A program made the translations under genes and the position numbers. Shown piece by piece: positions 1 to 9,352 of a stretch of 64,000 bases of DNA; position 1 is the stretch's first letter; every line of letters begins with the position of its first letter. Below the pieces are notes generated by a model. It was not told the DNA's origin. It made no database searches and was given only the letters and a program-made list of their open reading frames with translations. The stretch is from Myxococcota bacterium (lineage in GTDB: Bacteria; Myxococcota_A; UBA9160; JAFDDA01): assembly GCA_965228475.1 (NCBI GenBank), contig OZ245817.1, forward strand, positions 96,001-160,000. Direction: 5' to 3'.

Positions 1-261
1 TGGCTCGTCGATCACTACGTGCGCGACTTCTACGAGCGGGTCCAGGCGCTGCTCGCCGGCGTCGGTGGCCCGGCCGACGGCCCTGCCATGACGAGCCTCC
101 ACTACGCGCTCGTCGGCTCCATGGTGCTGATGTTCCACCAGGCCGCCGAGTGCCGGTACCTGACCGGCCTCGATCCTTCCGACCCCGAGATGGTCGAAAC
201 CCATGTCCGCACCCTCGAGCAGCTCCTCCTGGGTGCCCTGAACGAGGAGACCCCGCAATGA
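1..261 (+). CDS. TetR-family regulator, C-terminal part (5' truncated by window edge)
   Basis: Open frame from base 1 (WLVDHYVRDFY...) resembling a TetR ligand-binding C-terminus; stop overlaps the next ATG (ATGA). Confidence 0.55.
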   Translation, partial: WLVDHYVRDFYERVQALLAGVGGPADGPAMTSLHYALVGSMVLMFHQAAECRYLTGLDPSDPEMVETHVRTLEQLLLGALNEETPQ

Positions 262-1136
262 AGCTGGCCACCTTCACCCACGCCGGGGCGACGCGCATCG
301 GCGTCGTCGACGGCGAAGAGATCGTCGACCTCTCCGCCGCCGCGCCCGACCTGCCGCGCGAGATGGTCGCCTTCCTCGAGGCCGGCGATCCGGCGCTCGC
401 CGCCGCGCGCGACGCCTCCGGCGCCCGCCTCCCGCTCGCCGAGGTGAAGCTCGAGGCGCCGGTGCTGCGCCCGCCGAAGTTCCTCGCGATCGGCCTGAAC
501 TATGCGGACCACGTGGCGGAGTCCGGCCTCGAGACGCCCGTGCATCCGATGGTCTTCAACAAGCAGTCGACCTGCGTGACCGGCCCCACCGATCCGGTGC
601 ACCTGCCCCGCGCGAGCCACGTGCTCGACTACGAGGCGGAGCTCGGCTTCGTGATCGGGAAGCGCTGCCGCCACGTCTCCCGGGAGGACGCCGCCGACGT
701 GATCGCCGGCTACACGGTCGTGAACGACGTCAGCGTGCGCGACTGGCAGCTCCGCGTCCCGACCTGGACGATGGGGAAGTCCTTCGACACGCACGGCCCG
801 ATCGGCCCCTGGCTCGTCACGCCCGACGAGATCGGTGACCCGCACGCGCTCGGCCTGCGCGCCGTGGTGAACGGAGAGGTCCGACAGCAGTCGAACACCA
901 AGGAGCTGATCTTCGACTGCTTCGCCCTCGTCGAGCACCTCTCGACGGCCTTCACCCTCGAGCCCGGGGACGTCGTCGCGACCGGAACGCCGGGCGGCGT
1001 CGGCATCGGCATGAAGCCGCCGAAGCTGCTCGTGGCAGGCGACGTCATGCGGATCGAGATCGAGGGCCTCGGTGCGCTCGAGAACACCGTGATCGAGGAG
1101 CCGGCCGCCACGGCCCACATCGAGCGGAAGTCCTAG
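258..1136 (+). CDS. Fumarylacetoacetate hydrolase family protein
   Basis: IGLNYADH, LDYEAEL, NDVSVRDWQ, GKSFDT, GDVVATGTPGGVG motifs; GAGGAG RBS before ATG 258. Confidence 0.95.
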   Translation: MKLATFTHAGATRIGVVDGEEIVDLSAAAPDLPREMVAFLEAGDPALAAARDASGARLPLAEVKLEAPVLRPPKFLAIGLNYADHVAESGLETPVHPMVFNKQSTCVTGPTDPVHLPRASHVLDYEAELGFVIGKRCRHVSREDAADVIAGYTVVNDVSVRDWQLRVPTWTMGKSFDTHGPIGPWLVTPDEIGDPHALGLRAVVNGEVRQQSNTKELIFDCFALVEHLSTAFTLEPGDVVATGTPGGVGIGMKPPKLLVAGDVMRIEIEGLGALENTVIEEPAATAHIERKS

Positions 1137-1140
1137 CGCG

Positions 1141-2106
1141 ATGAGACCCCCGTACCCCGAATGCACGCCGTTCCCCGGCAGCACCAACCGCCACGGCGAG
1201 GTCGAGAAGCTCGAAGACGTCGAGGTCACGCACTGGTTCGTCGCGGCCAAGCGCAGCCGGTACCACTTCGTCACGGCGGGGGACCCCGAGGCGCCGGCGG
1301 TGGTCCTGCTGCACGGGCTCCCGGAGAGCTGGTACGCCTGGCACCACCAGATCGCCGAGCTCGCGCGCGACCGCCACGTGATTGCGGTCGATCTCAAGGG
1401 CTACGGCCAGTCCGAGAAGCGCCTGGACCTCGCCTACGACTTCCCGACCTGCGCCTTCGAGATGGCGGCGCTGCTCGAGAAGATCGGCTGTGAGCGGTTC
1501 GACCTCGTCGGGCACGACCGCGGCTCGGTGCTGGCGGACCACCTGTTCGGCATCCCGGGGAACTTCGCGGATCGCATCCGGAGCTATGCGCGGCTCCAGC
1601 AGAGCTTCCCGAAGGCCCACGCCGAGCCGCGCCCGCCCCACGCCTTGATGGGGTCGCCCGAAGGGGTCGAGCTCTTCCTCTCGCCGGCGTTCCCGCGCCT
1701 GATCTACGCCCAGGTGGCGCCCCCGGGCCTCTACCAGGTCACCTGGAACGAAATCCCCGAGCCGGTGCTCGCGCGGATCGAGCAGGAGTGGCGGCACCCG
1801 GGGGTGGCCCAGGCGGTTCCGCTCTGCTTCCGCCACACGAACTTCGACAAGGAGATGGAGGACCGGCTCGAGCTGATCCCCCGCATGCGCTGCCCGGTGC
1901 ACCTGATCCAGGCGGAACTCGACCCGGGCCAGCCGCGTTCGGACTACGAAGGGCTCGAAGCCCTCGGCCCGAACTTCAGCATCGAATGGATCGAGGGCGC
2001 CGGCCACTTCAGTCACCTCGAGAAGCCGCGCGCCGTGAGCTCGGCCCTGCGCGAGTTCTTCGATCGAACCCTGCAAGCGTCCGCGTCCAAGGGAGGACCG
2101 TCATGA
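1141..2106 (+). CDS. Alpha/beta hydrolase (epoxide hydrolase/haloacetate dehalogenase-like)
   Basis: HGLPE, DLKGYGQS, GHDRG nucleophile elbow, AGHF catalytic His. Confidence 0.85.
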   Translation: MRPPYPECTPFPGSTNRHGEVEKLEDVEVTHWFVAAKRSRYHFVTAGDPEAPAVVLLHGLPESWYAWHHQIAELARDRHVIAVDLKGYGQSEKRLDLAYDFPTCAFEMAALLEKIGCERFDLVGHDRGSVLADHLFGIPGNFADRIRSYARLQQSFPKAHAEPRPPHALMGSPEGVELFLSPAFPRLIYAQVAPPGLYQVTWNEIPEPVLARIEQEWRHPGVAQAVPLCFRHTNFDKEMEDRLELIPRMRCPVHLIQAELDPGQPRSDYEGLEALGPNFSIEWIEGAGHFSHLEKPRAVSSALREFFDRTLQASASKGGPS

Positions 2107-3011
2107 TCAAAGTCACCGACATCGCCTACGTCCGTTTCGCCGCTCCGGACCTCGACCGGATGGAGACCTTCACCCGGGACTTCGGCCTCGAGACCGTCTC
2201 CCGCGACGAGGAGCGGCTGTTCGTCCGCGGGACCGACCCCGAGCCCTACGTGCACGTGACCGAGCGCGGCGATCCCGCCTTCCTGGGCGTGGCGTTCGAG
2301 GCGGCCTCCGCCGAGGACCTCGCGAAGCTCGCGAGCGTGGACGGTGCCTCCGCCGTCGAGAAGATCGACGCGCCGGGCGGCGGCAGCGTCGTGCGGCTGA
2401 CGGACCCGGACGGTTTCACCGTCGAGGTGGTCCACGGGCGCGAGACGCTCCCCCCGCTCGAGGTCCGCGGCGCTTCGCCGCTCAACCGCGGCAGCGAGCG
2501 GGCCCGCTTCAACGAGCTCCAGCGCGTCCAGGCCGGGCCGGCCCAGGTGAAGCGCCTCGGGCACATGGTGCTCAAGGTCTCGGACTTCGCCCGGAGCCGG
2601 GATTGGTACCGCGGGCACCTCGGGCTGATCCCCTCGGACAACATCCACCTCGGTGACCCGAGGAACCCGATCGCGGAGTTCTGGCGCTGCGACCGCGGCG
2701 ACGTCCCCGTCGACCACCATACGTTCCTGTGTGTCGCCGCGCCGGAGATCGGCTTCGACCACGCCGCCTTCGAGGTGGAGGACTTCGACGCGGTGATGCT
2801 CGGCCACGATCACCTGAAGTCCGCCGGCTACGAGCACCACGCCGGCATCGGCCGCCACGTGCTCGGCTCCCAGGTGTTCGACTACTGGCGCGACCCCTGG
2901 GGCCGCGTCGTCGAGCACTTCACCGACGGCGACCTGCTCGACGCGAGCGTCCCGCCCGGGGAGAACACCGCCCAGGTCGCCCTCGGCACCCAGTGGGGCT
3001 CGTTCGGGTAG
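2103..3011 (+). CDS. Two-domain VOC extradiol-type ring-cleavage dioxygenase
   Basis: KRLGHMVL, DHHTF, DHAAFEV, GIGRHVLGSQVFDYWRDPWG, EHFTDGD; GGAGG RBS. Confidence 0.85.
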   Translation: MIKVTDIAYVRFAAPDLDRMETFTRDFGLETVSRDEERLFVRGTDPEPYVHVTERGDPAFLGVAFEAASAEDLAKLASVDGASAVEKIDAPGGGSVVRLTDPDGFTVEVVHGRETLPPLEVRGASPLNRGSERARFNELQRVQAGPAQVKRLGHMVLKVSDFARSRDWYRGHLGLIPSDNIHLGDPRNPIAEFWRCDRGDVPVDHHTFLCVAAPEIGFDHAAFEVEDFDAVMLGHDHLKSAGYEHHAGIGRHVLGSQVFDYWRDPWGRVVEHFTDGDLLDASVPPGENTAQVALGTQWGSFG

Positions 3012-3014
3012 GCC

Positions 3015-3770
3015 ATGGGTTACTACGAAAGCGATCGTCCCGACGTGGCGGAGATGAAGGGGCTGCACCTCTTCCATTTCATGCTGTCCAACTGTTCCCA
3101 GCGGGTTCGCCTGGCGCTCGAGGAGAAGGGGCTCGCCTGGACCAGCCACCACATGAACCTGCCCGCGAACGAACACCTCGACCCGGAGTACCTGCGTCTG
3201 AACCCGAACGGCGTGGTCCCGACGCTCGTGGACGACGGGCAGGTCGTGCTCGAGTCGAACGACATCCTCGATCATCTCGAACAGCGCTTCCCCGAGCCGG
3301 CGCTCGTGCCGGCGGACGGTGCCGCTCGCGAGCGGATGGCGCGCTGCATGGAGCGCGCCTCCGAGGCCCAGGGGACGATCAAGGTGCTCTCGCACGAGCT
3401 CCTCTTCCGCCCGTTTCGTCCAATGGGCGAAGCCGAGGTCCGGCTCTTCGAGGAGAAACATCCGGACGCCTCGCTCCAGGCGTTCGTCCGGGACTACGCG
3501 GAGAACGGCGGCGCCTGGAAGGCTCGGGTCGATGCCGCCCAGGACGAGATGACGGGCTTCCTCGACGGTCTCGAAGCGATCCTCGAAGCCTCGCCGTGGC
3601 TCTCGGGCGATGCCTTCGGCCTGGCCGACATCTCGTGGATCGTGAACGCCCACCGGCTCCACCAGGCGAGCTACCCGCTCGAGCGCTGGCCGAAGCTCCG
3701 GGCCTGGTACGAGAAGGCCGCCGCCCGCCCGGCCTTCGACCGGGCGATCGCCTCCTACCGACCTTCCTGA
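3015..3770 (+). CDS. Glutathione S-transferase family protein
   Basis: SNCSQRVR, LNPNGVVPTL, ESNDI, FGLADI motifs. Confidence 0.9.
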   Translation: MGYYESDRPDVAEMKGLHLFHFMLSNCSQRVRLALEEKGLAWTSHHMNLPANEHLDPEYLRLNPNGVVPTLVDDGQVVLESNDILDHLEQRFPEPALVPADGAARERMARCMERASEAQGTIKVLSHELLFRPFRPMGEAEVRLFEEKHPDASLQAFVRDYAENGGAWKARVDAAQDEMTGFLDGLEAILEASPWLSGDAFGLADISWIVNAHRLHQASYPLERWPKLRAWYEKAAARPAFDRAIASYRPS

Positions 3771-4011
3771 GGCATCCCGGCCGCTCCTGCTGCCCGGAAG
3801 CGCCGCCCCGGCGCGCACGAGTTGCCGGTCCGGCGGATCTCGCGTTCAGACCGGCTCGGCGTCCTGCCGATCCGCTCTCTCGGCGTTCTGCGGCCCGTGG
3901 CTCGCGGAACGCCGGCCCGTAGCTCCCGGCGACGCGATATCGTTGCGAGGGCTCGGCCTCGGTGATAGAAAGCCCGGCTGGCGCGGCACCCGGTCCGCGC
4001 AGGGAGATCGT

Positions 4012-6162
4012 GTGCGGCAGCTGATCCAGTCCTATCGAAGCGGCGAGATGGAGATCGTCGACGTCCCGCCGCCCACCGCGCGCGAGGGCGGCCTCGTCGT
4101 CCGCACGGTCCGCTCCCTGGTCTCCGCCGGCACCGAGAAGATGGTCGTCGATCTCGCGCGCAAGAGCCTCCTCGGGAAGGCGCGCGCGCGCCCGGACCTC
4201 GTGCGCAAGGTGATCGACACCGCGCGCAAGCAGGGCGTCCTGAACACGCTGAAGAAGGTGCAGACGAAGCTCGAGACGCCGATCCCGCTCGGCTACTCGA
4301 GCGCCGGCGTGATCGTCGAGGTCGGCGAGGGCGTTCCGGACCACCGCGTCGGGGATCGCGTCGCCTGCGGCGGCGCCGGCTACGCCAACCACGCGGACTA
4401 CGCGTACGTTCCGCGGAACCTCGTCGCCCGCATCCCCGACGGCGTCAGCATGGAAGAGGCGAGCTTCGCCACCGTCGGCTCGATCGCGCTCCAGGGCGTT
4501 CGCCAGACCGAGCCGACCCTCGGCGAGCGCGTCGCGGTGCTCGGGCTCGGCCTGATCGGCCAGCTCACGGTGCAGCTCCTCCGGGCCAACGGCTGTCAGG
4601 TGCTCGGCTTCGACCCGAACCCGCAGCGCGCCGCCCTCGCGAAGGAGCTCGGCGCTCACGTGACGGTGAGCGAAGACCTCGAGGCGGCGGCCGAAGGGTT
4701 CAGCCAGGGCCGCGGCATGGACGCGGTGGTGGTGGCGGCTTCGGCGCCCTCCGCCGAGCCGCTCGCCCAGGCCGGCGCGATCTCCCGCATGCGCGGCCGC
4801 GTCGTCGTCGTCGGGCTCGTGAAGATGGAGATCGATCGCTCCACCTACTACCGCAAGGAGCTCGACCTGCGGATGTCCATGTCCTACGGCCCCGGCCGCT
4901 ACGACCCGGACTTCGAGGAGCGCGGGTTCGACTACCCGATCGCCCACGTGCGCTGGACGGAGCAGCGCAACCTCGAGGCGTTTCTCGAGCTCGTGGCCGA
5001 CGGCCGCCTGAAGCTCGACCCGCTGATCACCCACCGCTACGAGATCCAGAACGCGCTCGACGCCTACTCGCTGATCTCCGAGGGCAAGGAGCCGTTTCTC
5101 GGGGTCCTGCTCTCCTACGGCGCGGACGACGAGGCTCCGGTGCGCGCACCGGTCTCCGAGAGTCTCGCGAGCCAGCCCCTCGCGAGCGACAAGGTCCGCG
5201 TCGGGATGATCGGCGCGGGGAGCTTCGGGCAATCCGTGCTGCTGCCCGCGATCAAGTCCACGGGCGCCGCGGACTTCTCGATGATCGCCTCCGCGGGCGG
5301 AACGACCGCGCGGCGGATCGGCGAGCAGTACGGCTTCCGTACCGCGACGTCGAGCGCCGAGTCCGTGATCGAGAGTGCGGACGTCGACGCGGTGCTCGTG
5401 CTGACCCGCCACGACCTCCACGCCCGCTACGTCGTCCAGGCGCTCGAAGCCGGCAAGCACGTCTTCACCGAGAAGCCGCTCGCCCTCACGCTCGAGGAGC
5501 TCGAGTCCGTCGCGAAAGCCCACGCGAGCAACCCGGGCGGCGTCATGGTGGGCTTCAACCGCCGCTTCGCGCCGCTCGTCAAGGAGATCGAGAAGCACTT
5601 CGCGAGCCGCTCGCACCCGCTGGTGATGCACTACCGCGTGAACGCCGGCTTCATCCCGCCCGACCACTGGGTGCACGATCCGAAGGAAGGCGGCGGCCGG
5701 ATCCTCGGCGAAGGGTGTCACTTCATCGATCTCTGCCATCACCTGGCCGGAGCCCCGCCGACCCGGGTCTTCGCCGAGAGCATCGCCGGAGATTCTCGCT
5801 ACCGCGGGGATGACAACGTCTCGATCACCCTCCGCTTCGCCGACGGTTCGATCGCGACCGTGCTCTACACCGCGATGGGTGATTCGAGCCAGAGCAAGGA
5901 GTACCTCGAGGTCTTCGGCGAAGGCCGGCAGGCGGTGCTCGAGGACTACCGGACGCTCGACCTGACGGCCAACCGCCGCACCGAGCGCAAGAAGTCCGCG
6001 AACCAGGACAAGGGATTCGAGGAGGAGATGCGCGGCTTCCTGGCCGCCGCTCGCAGCGGCGGGCCGATGCCGATCTCCTTCGAGGGCCTGCTCGGCACGA
6101 GCCGCGCGACGCTCGGAGCCGTCGAGTCCCTGCGGACCGGCGCGCCGGTGGACCTGGCCTAG
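4012..6162 (+). CDS. Bi-domain oxidoreductase (Zn-ADH-like + Gfo/Idh/MocA), polysaccharide biosynthesis type
   Basis: SLVSAGTE, PLGYSSAG, GLGLIG, SYGPGRYD, VRWTEQRN, then GAGSFG, EKPL, GFNRRF, GEGCHFID; GTG start after GGGAG. Confidence 0.9.
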   Translation: MRQLIQSYRSGEMEIVDVPPPTAREGGLVVRTVRSLVSAGTEKMVVDLARKSLLGKARARPDLVRKVIDTARKQGVLNTLKKVQTKLETPIPLGYSSAGVIVEVGEGVPDHRVGDRVACGGAGYANHADYAYVPRNLVARIPDGVSMEEASFATVGSIALQGVRQTEPTLGERVAVLGLGLIGQLTVQLLRANGCQVLGFDPNPQRAALAKELGAHVTVSEDLEAAAEGFSQGRGMDAVVVAASAPSAEPLAQAGAISRMRGRVVVVGLVKMEIDRSTYYRKELDLRMSMSYGPGRYDPDFEERGFDYPIAHVRWTEQRNLEAFLELVADGRLKLDPLITHRYEIQNALDAYSLISEGKEPFLGVLLSYGADDEAPVRAPVSESLASQPLASDKVRVGMIGAGSFGQSVLLPAIKSTGAADFSMIASAGGTTARRIGEQYGFRTATSSAESVIESADVDAVLVLTRHDLHARYVVQALEAGKHVFTEKPLALTLEELESVAKAHASNPGGVMVGFNRRFAPLVKEIEKHFASRSHPLVMHYRVNAGFIPPDHWVHDPKEGGGRILGEGCHFIDLCHHLAGAPPTRVFAESIAGDSRYRGDDNVSITLRFADGSIATVLYTAMGDSSQSKEYLEVFGEGRQAVLEDYRTLDLTANRRTERKKSANQDKGFEEEMRGFLAAARSGGPMPISFEGLLGTSRATLGAVESLRTGAPVDLA

Positions 6163-6332
6163 GGCGCGAACCGCCTCCCTCCCCGGCACCTGCCGGTCGC
6201 TTGCCGCCCGCCGAAGGCGTGTGGGCGCCCGCGATCTTTTGGTCAACCGGGGGCCTCGCGAGGCCGCTATCCTCTCTGGTTCCCCGACGGAAGCCCGCTT
6301 CCGCCGACAACCTCCGAGGCGCCCTTTCTTCG

Positions 6333-8261
6333 ATGTGCGGAATCGCCGGATACGCCGGAACCCATCGGCCCGATCTGCTCGAGCCGATGTGCACGGCCAT
6401 GGCCCACCGCGGCCCCGACGACGCGGGGACCTGGCACGACGCCGAGGCCCAGGTCGGTCTCGGCCACCGCCGCCTCTCCATCATCGACCTCTCGGCCGCC
6501 GGGCACCAGCCGATGCAGAGCGCCGACGGCCGAACGTGGATCGCCTACAACGGCGAGATCTACAACTTCCAGGAGCACCGCGACCGGCTCGAGAAGAACG
6601 GCTACCCGTTCCGCAGCCAGTCCGACACCGAGGTGCTGCTCGCGCTCTACCAGGAGCGCGGCCTCGATTTCCTCCAGGAGCTGAACGGCATCTTCGCCTT
6701 CGCGCTCTGGGACGGCGCCGAGCGCCGCCTCCTGCTCGCCCGGGACCACGCCGGGGTGAAGCCGCTCTACTACTGGCTCGACGGGCCGCGCATCTACTTC
6801 GCGAGCGAGATGAAGTCGCTGCTCAAGATCCCCGAGATCCCGCGCAAGCTCCACCTCGACAGCGTCGCCGACTACCTGACCTACCTCTGGGTGCCCGGCG
6901 AGCACACGCTGCTCGAGAGCGTGAAGAAGCTCGAGCCGGGACACCGCATCGTCTGGAAGGACGGCGAGGTGGACATGCGGCGGTGGTTCCAGATCGACTA
7001 CACGCCGGACCCGAAACCGAGCGAGCAGGATTGGATCGAAGACGTCCACGACACCTTCGTGCGCACCACGCAGCGCCAGATGGTCTCGGACGTTCCGCTC
7101 GGGGCGTTCCTCTCCGGGGGGCTCGACTCCTCCGGCATCGTGGCGTGCATGCGGCAGGCCTTCCCGAGCCGCGAGATCACGACCTACACCGTCCGTTTCG
7201 ACGCCGGCGACATGGCGCGGGAGCAGGGCGTCGACGACTACCCCTTCGCCCGGCGCGTCGCCCGGGAGCTCGACGTCCGGCTGAAGAGCATCCAGATCGA
7301 TCCGGACGTCGTCGGCCTGCTGCCGAAGATGATCTATCACCTCGACGAAGCGGACGCGGACCCCGCAGCGTTTCCGTCCTACCTGATCTCGAAGCTCGCG
7401 CGTGAGGACGGCACGACCGTGCTGCTCTCCGGGACGGGCGGCGACGAACTCTTCTTCGGGTACCGCAGCCATCGTGCCTACGAGCTCTACGAACGGTTCG
7501 CCTGGGCCGGCCGCCCGCCCTTCTCCTGGGCCGCGTTGCTGGCGGAGAAGACGTCGCGCTCGCTGCTGGGAGCGCAGCACCTCTACTCCCGCCGCATCGA
7601 GAAGTTCCGGCGTGGGATCGACAAGAAGGGTCTCGAGCGTCACGTCGCCCTGGCCGCCTGGTCGAGCGCCGCGACGCGCGAGGCGCTCTTCTCTCGGGAG
7701 CTCGGCGAGAGCCTTCGGACGAGCGAGCCCCCGGCGTGCATGCAGCGCTACTACGACGAGTTCCAGGGCGAGGGTGAGCTCAACCGCCACTCCCACCTGC
7801 TGAACGAGACGTTCCTCGCCGCGCACAACTTCAACTACACCGACAAGACGAGCATGGCGGTCTCGCTCGAGGCGCGCGTCCCGTTCATGGACGTCGAACT
7901 GATGCGGCTCGCCGCGCGGATCCCCGAGGAGTACAAGCTCAACGGCGGCGTCACGAAGTGGGTGCTGAAGAAGGCGATGGAGCGCTACCTGCCCCACGAC
8001 CTGATCTACCGCGGAAAGACCGGCTTCGGTGCGCCGCTCCGCAAGTGGGTGCAGTCCGATCTCCACGAGGTGATCGAGTACCTGCTCGGCCCGAGCCATC
8101 TCGAATCGCGCGGCATCTTCGACGTGCAGTACGTCCAGCATCTGCTCGACGAGAACGCCGCCGGCCGTTCCGACCACAGCTATCTGATCTATGCGCTGCT
8201 GACCCTCGAGCTCTGGATGCAGACGTTCCTGGACCATCCCGCCGAAGAGGTGCGGCTTTGA
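6333..8261 (+). CDS. asnB: Asparagine synthase (glutamine-hydrolysing)-family amidotransferase, probably polysaccharide-modifying
   Basis: N-terminal MCGIAG, HRGPDD, HRRLSIIDL, NGEIYN, FLSGGLDSS, SLEARVPF. Confidence 0.92.
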   Translation: MCGIAGYAGTHRPDLLEPMCTAMAHRGPDDAGTWHDAEAQVGLGHRRLSIIDLSAAGHQPMQSADGRTWIAYNGEIYNFQEHRDRLEKNGYPFRSQSDTEVLLALYQERGLDFLQELNGIFAFALWDGAERRLLLARDHAGVKPLYYWLDGPRIYFASEMKSLLKIPEIPRKLHLDSVADYLTYLWVPGEHTLLESVKKLEPGHRIVWKDGEVDMRRWFQIDYTPDPKPSEQDWIEDVHDTFVRTTQRQMVSDVPLGAFLSGGLDSSGIVACMRQAFPSREITTYTVRFDAGDMAREQGVDDYPFARRVARELDVRLKSIQIDPDVVGLLPKMIYHLDEADADPAAFPSYLISKLAREDGTTVLLSGTGGDELFFGYRSHRAYELYERFAWAGRPPFSWAALLAEKTSRSLLGAQHLYSRRIEKFRRGIDKKGLERHVALAAWSSAATREALFSRELGESLRTSEPPACMQRYYDEFQGEGELNRHSHLLNETFLAAHNFNYTDKTSMAVSLEARVPFMDVELMRLAARIPEEYKLNGGVTKWVLKKAMERYLPHDLIYRGKTGFGAPLRKWVQSDLHEVIEYLLGPSHLESRGIFDVQYVQHLLDENAAGRSDHSYLIYALLTLELWMQTFLDHPAEEVRL

Positions 8262-9352
8262 ACGCCACGGCCGCCGAGCTCCACCCGGCCGCCGAGACCG
8301 AGGAGATCTCCCTCGAGATCACCGGCCGGTTCCCGGGCCGGATCGTGCTCTCGGAGCCCGACGGAACGCTCTGGCTCGGGCGGAACTACGACATCCATCG
8401 CAGCGACGACTGCGGCCGCTCGTGGCAGCACGTGACGTCGATGCCGCGGGACCCGCTGCGCCGGATCGCGAACCCCTCTCGCCTCCTGTGCCGGCTCATC
8501 CGCCAGGAGGTCCGTGCACTCTTCCGCACGCGGGAGGGGAACCTCGTCGCGGCGAACCGCCAGGGCGTCTGGGTCGCGAAGCCCGGCGAGGAGGTCATGC
8601 GCCGGTCCCGCGTGGAGCATGGCGATCTCGCCTTGATGCCGCCCATGCGGATCTCCGAGGGCCCGAACGGGGAGATCCTCTGGGGAGAGTACGGCTCGCC
8701 CAAGGAGCAGCGCCCGGCCCGCCTCTTCGCGTCGCGTGACGGCGGCGAGAGCTTCCAGTGCATCCGCACCATCGACGACATCCTCCACGTCCACAACGTC
8801 GTCTGGGATCCGCGCGAGCGACACTACTGGGTGTTGACCGGCGACTTCGACCCGCAGCCCGGCTTCGCCCGGCTCTCGGAGGATCTCGAGCGCTTCGATT
8901 GGTTCGTGCGGGGCGAGCAGCGCTTCCGGGCCGTCGAGATCTTCGACCTGGGCGACCGGCTCGTCTACGCCACGGACACCCAGCTCGAACCGAACGCCGT
9001 CCTCAGCCTCGACAAGCGCAGCGGCCAGGTCGAGCCGATCCAGCCCCTCGGCGGCAGCTGCATCTACGCCGCGCGCTTCGGCGGGATCTACGCGCTCTCG
9101 ACCTCGGTCGAGCCCTCGGCCGTGAACGCGAGCGAGGACGCCGAACTCTGGGTCTCTCGGGACGCGGAACACTGGAAGCGCGCGTACCGCGGACGGAAGG
9201 ACTTCTGGAACCCGGACTACCTGCAGTTCGGGTCGATCGTGCTGCCCTCCGGGCGCACGGATCGTGAGCTCGTCGTCTTCAGCGGACAGGCCCTGCGCGG
9301 GATCGACGGGCAGACCCTGGTCGCCCGGCTTCCCGCGGAGGCGGAGCTCTAG
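8258..9352 (+). CDS. BNR/Asp-box beta-propeller protein (sialidase-like fold), unknown function
   Basis: Asp-box-like SDDCGRSW, SRDGGESF, SRDAEHW; TTG start overlapping asnB stop. Confidence 0.65.
   Translation: MNATAAELHPAAETEEISLEITGRFPGRIVLSEPDGTLWLGRNYDIHRSDDCGRSWQHVTSMPRDPLRRIANPSRLLCRLIRQEVRALFRTREGNLVAANRQGVWVAKPGEEVMRRSRVEHGDLALMPPMRISEGPNGEILWGEYGSPKEQRPARLFASRDGGESFQCIRTIDDILHVHNVVWDPRERHYWVLTGDFDPQPGFARLSEDLERFDWFVRGEQRFRAVEIFDLGDRLVYATDTQLEPNAVLSLDKRSGQVEPIQPLGGSCIYAARFGGIYALSTSVEPSAVNASEDAELWVSRDAEHWKRAYRGRKDFWNPDYLQFGSIVLPSGRTDRELVVFSGQALRGIDGQTLVARLPAEAEL

Noticed and set aside
6333..8261. Functional link between asnB and asnS
   Set aside because: They lie 55 kb apart, and the asnB context indicates glycan amidation rather than asparagine supply
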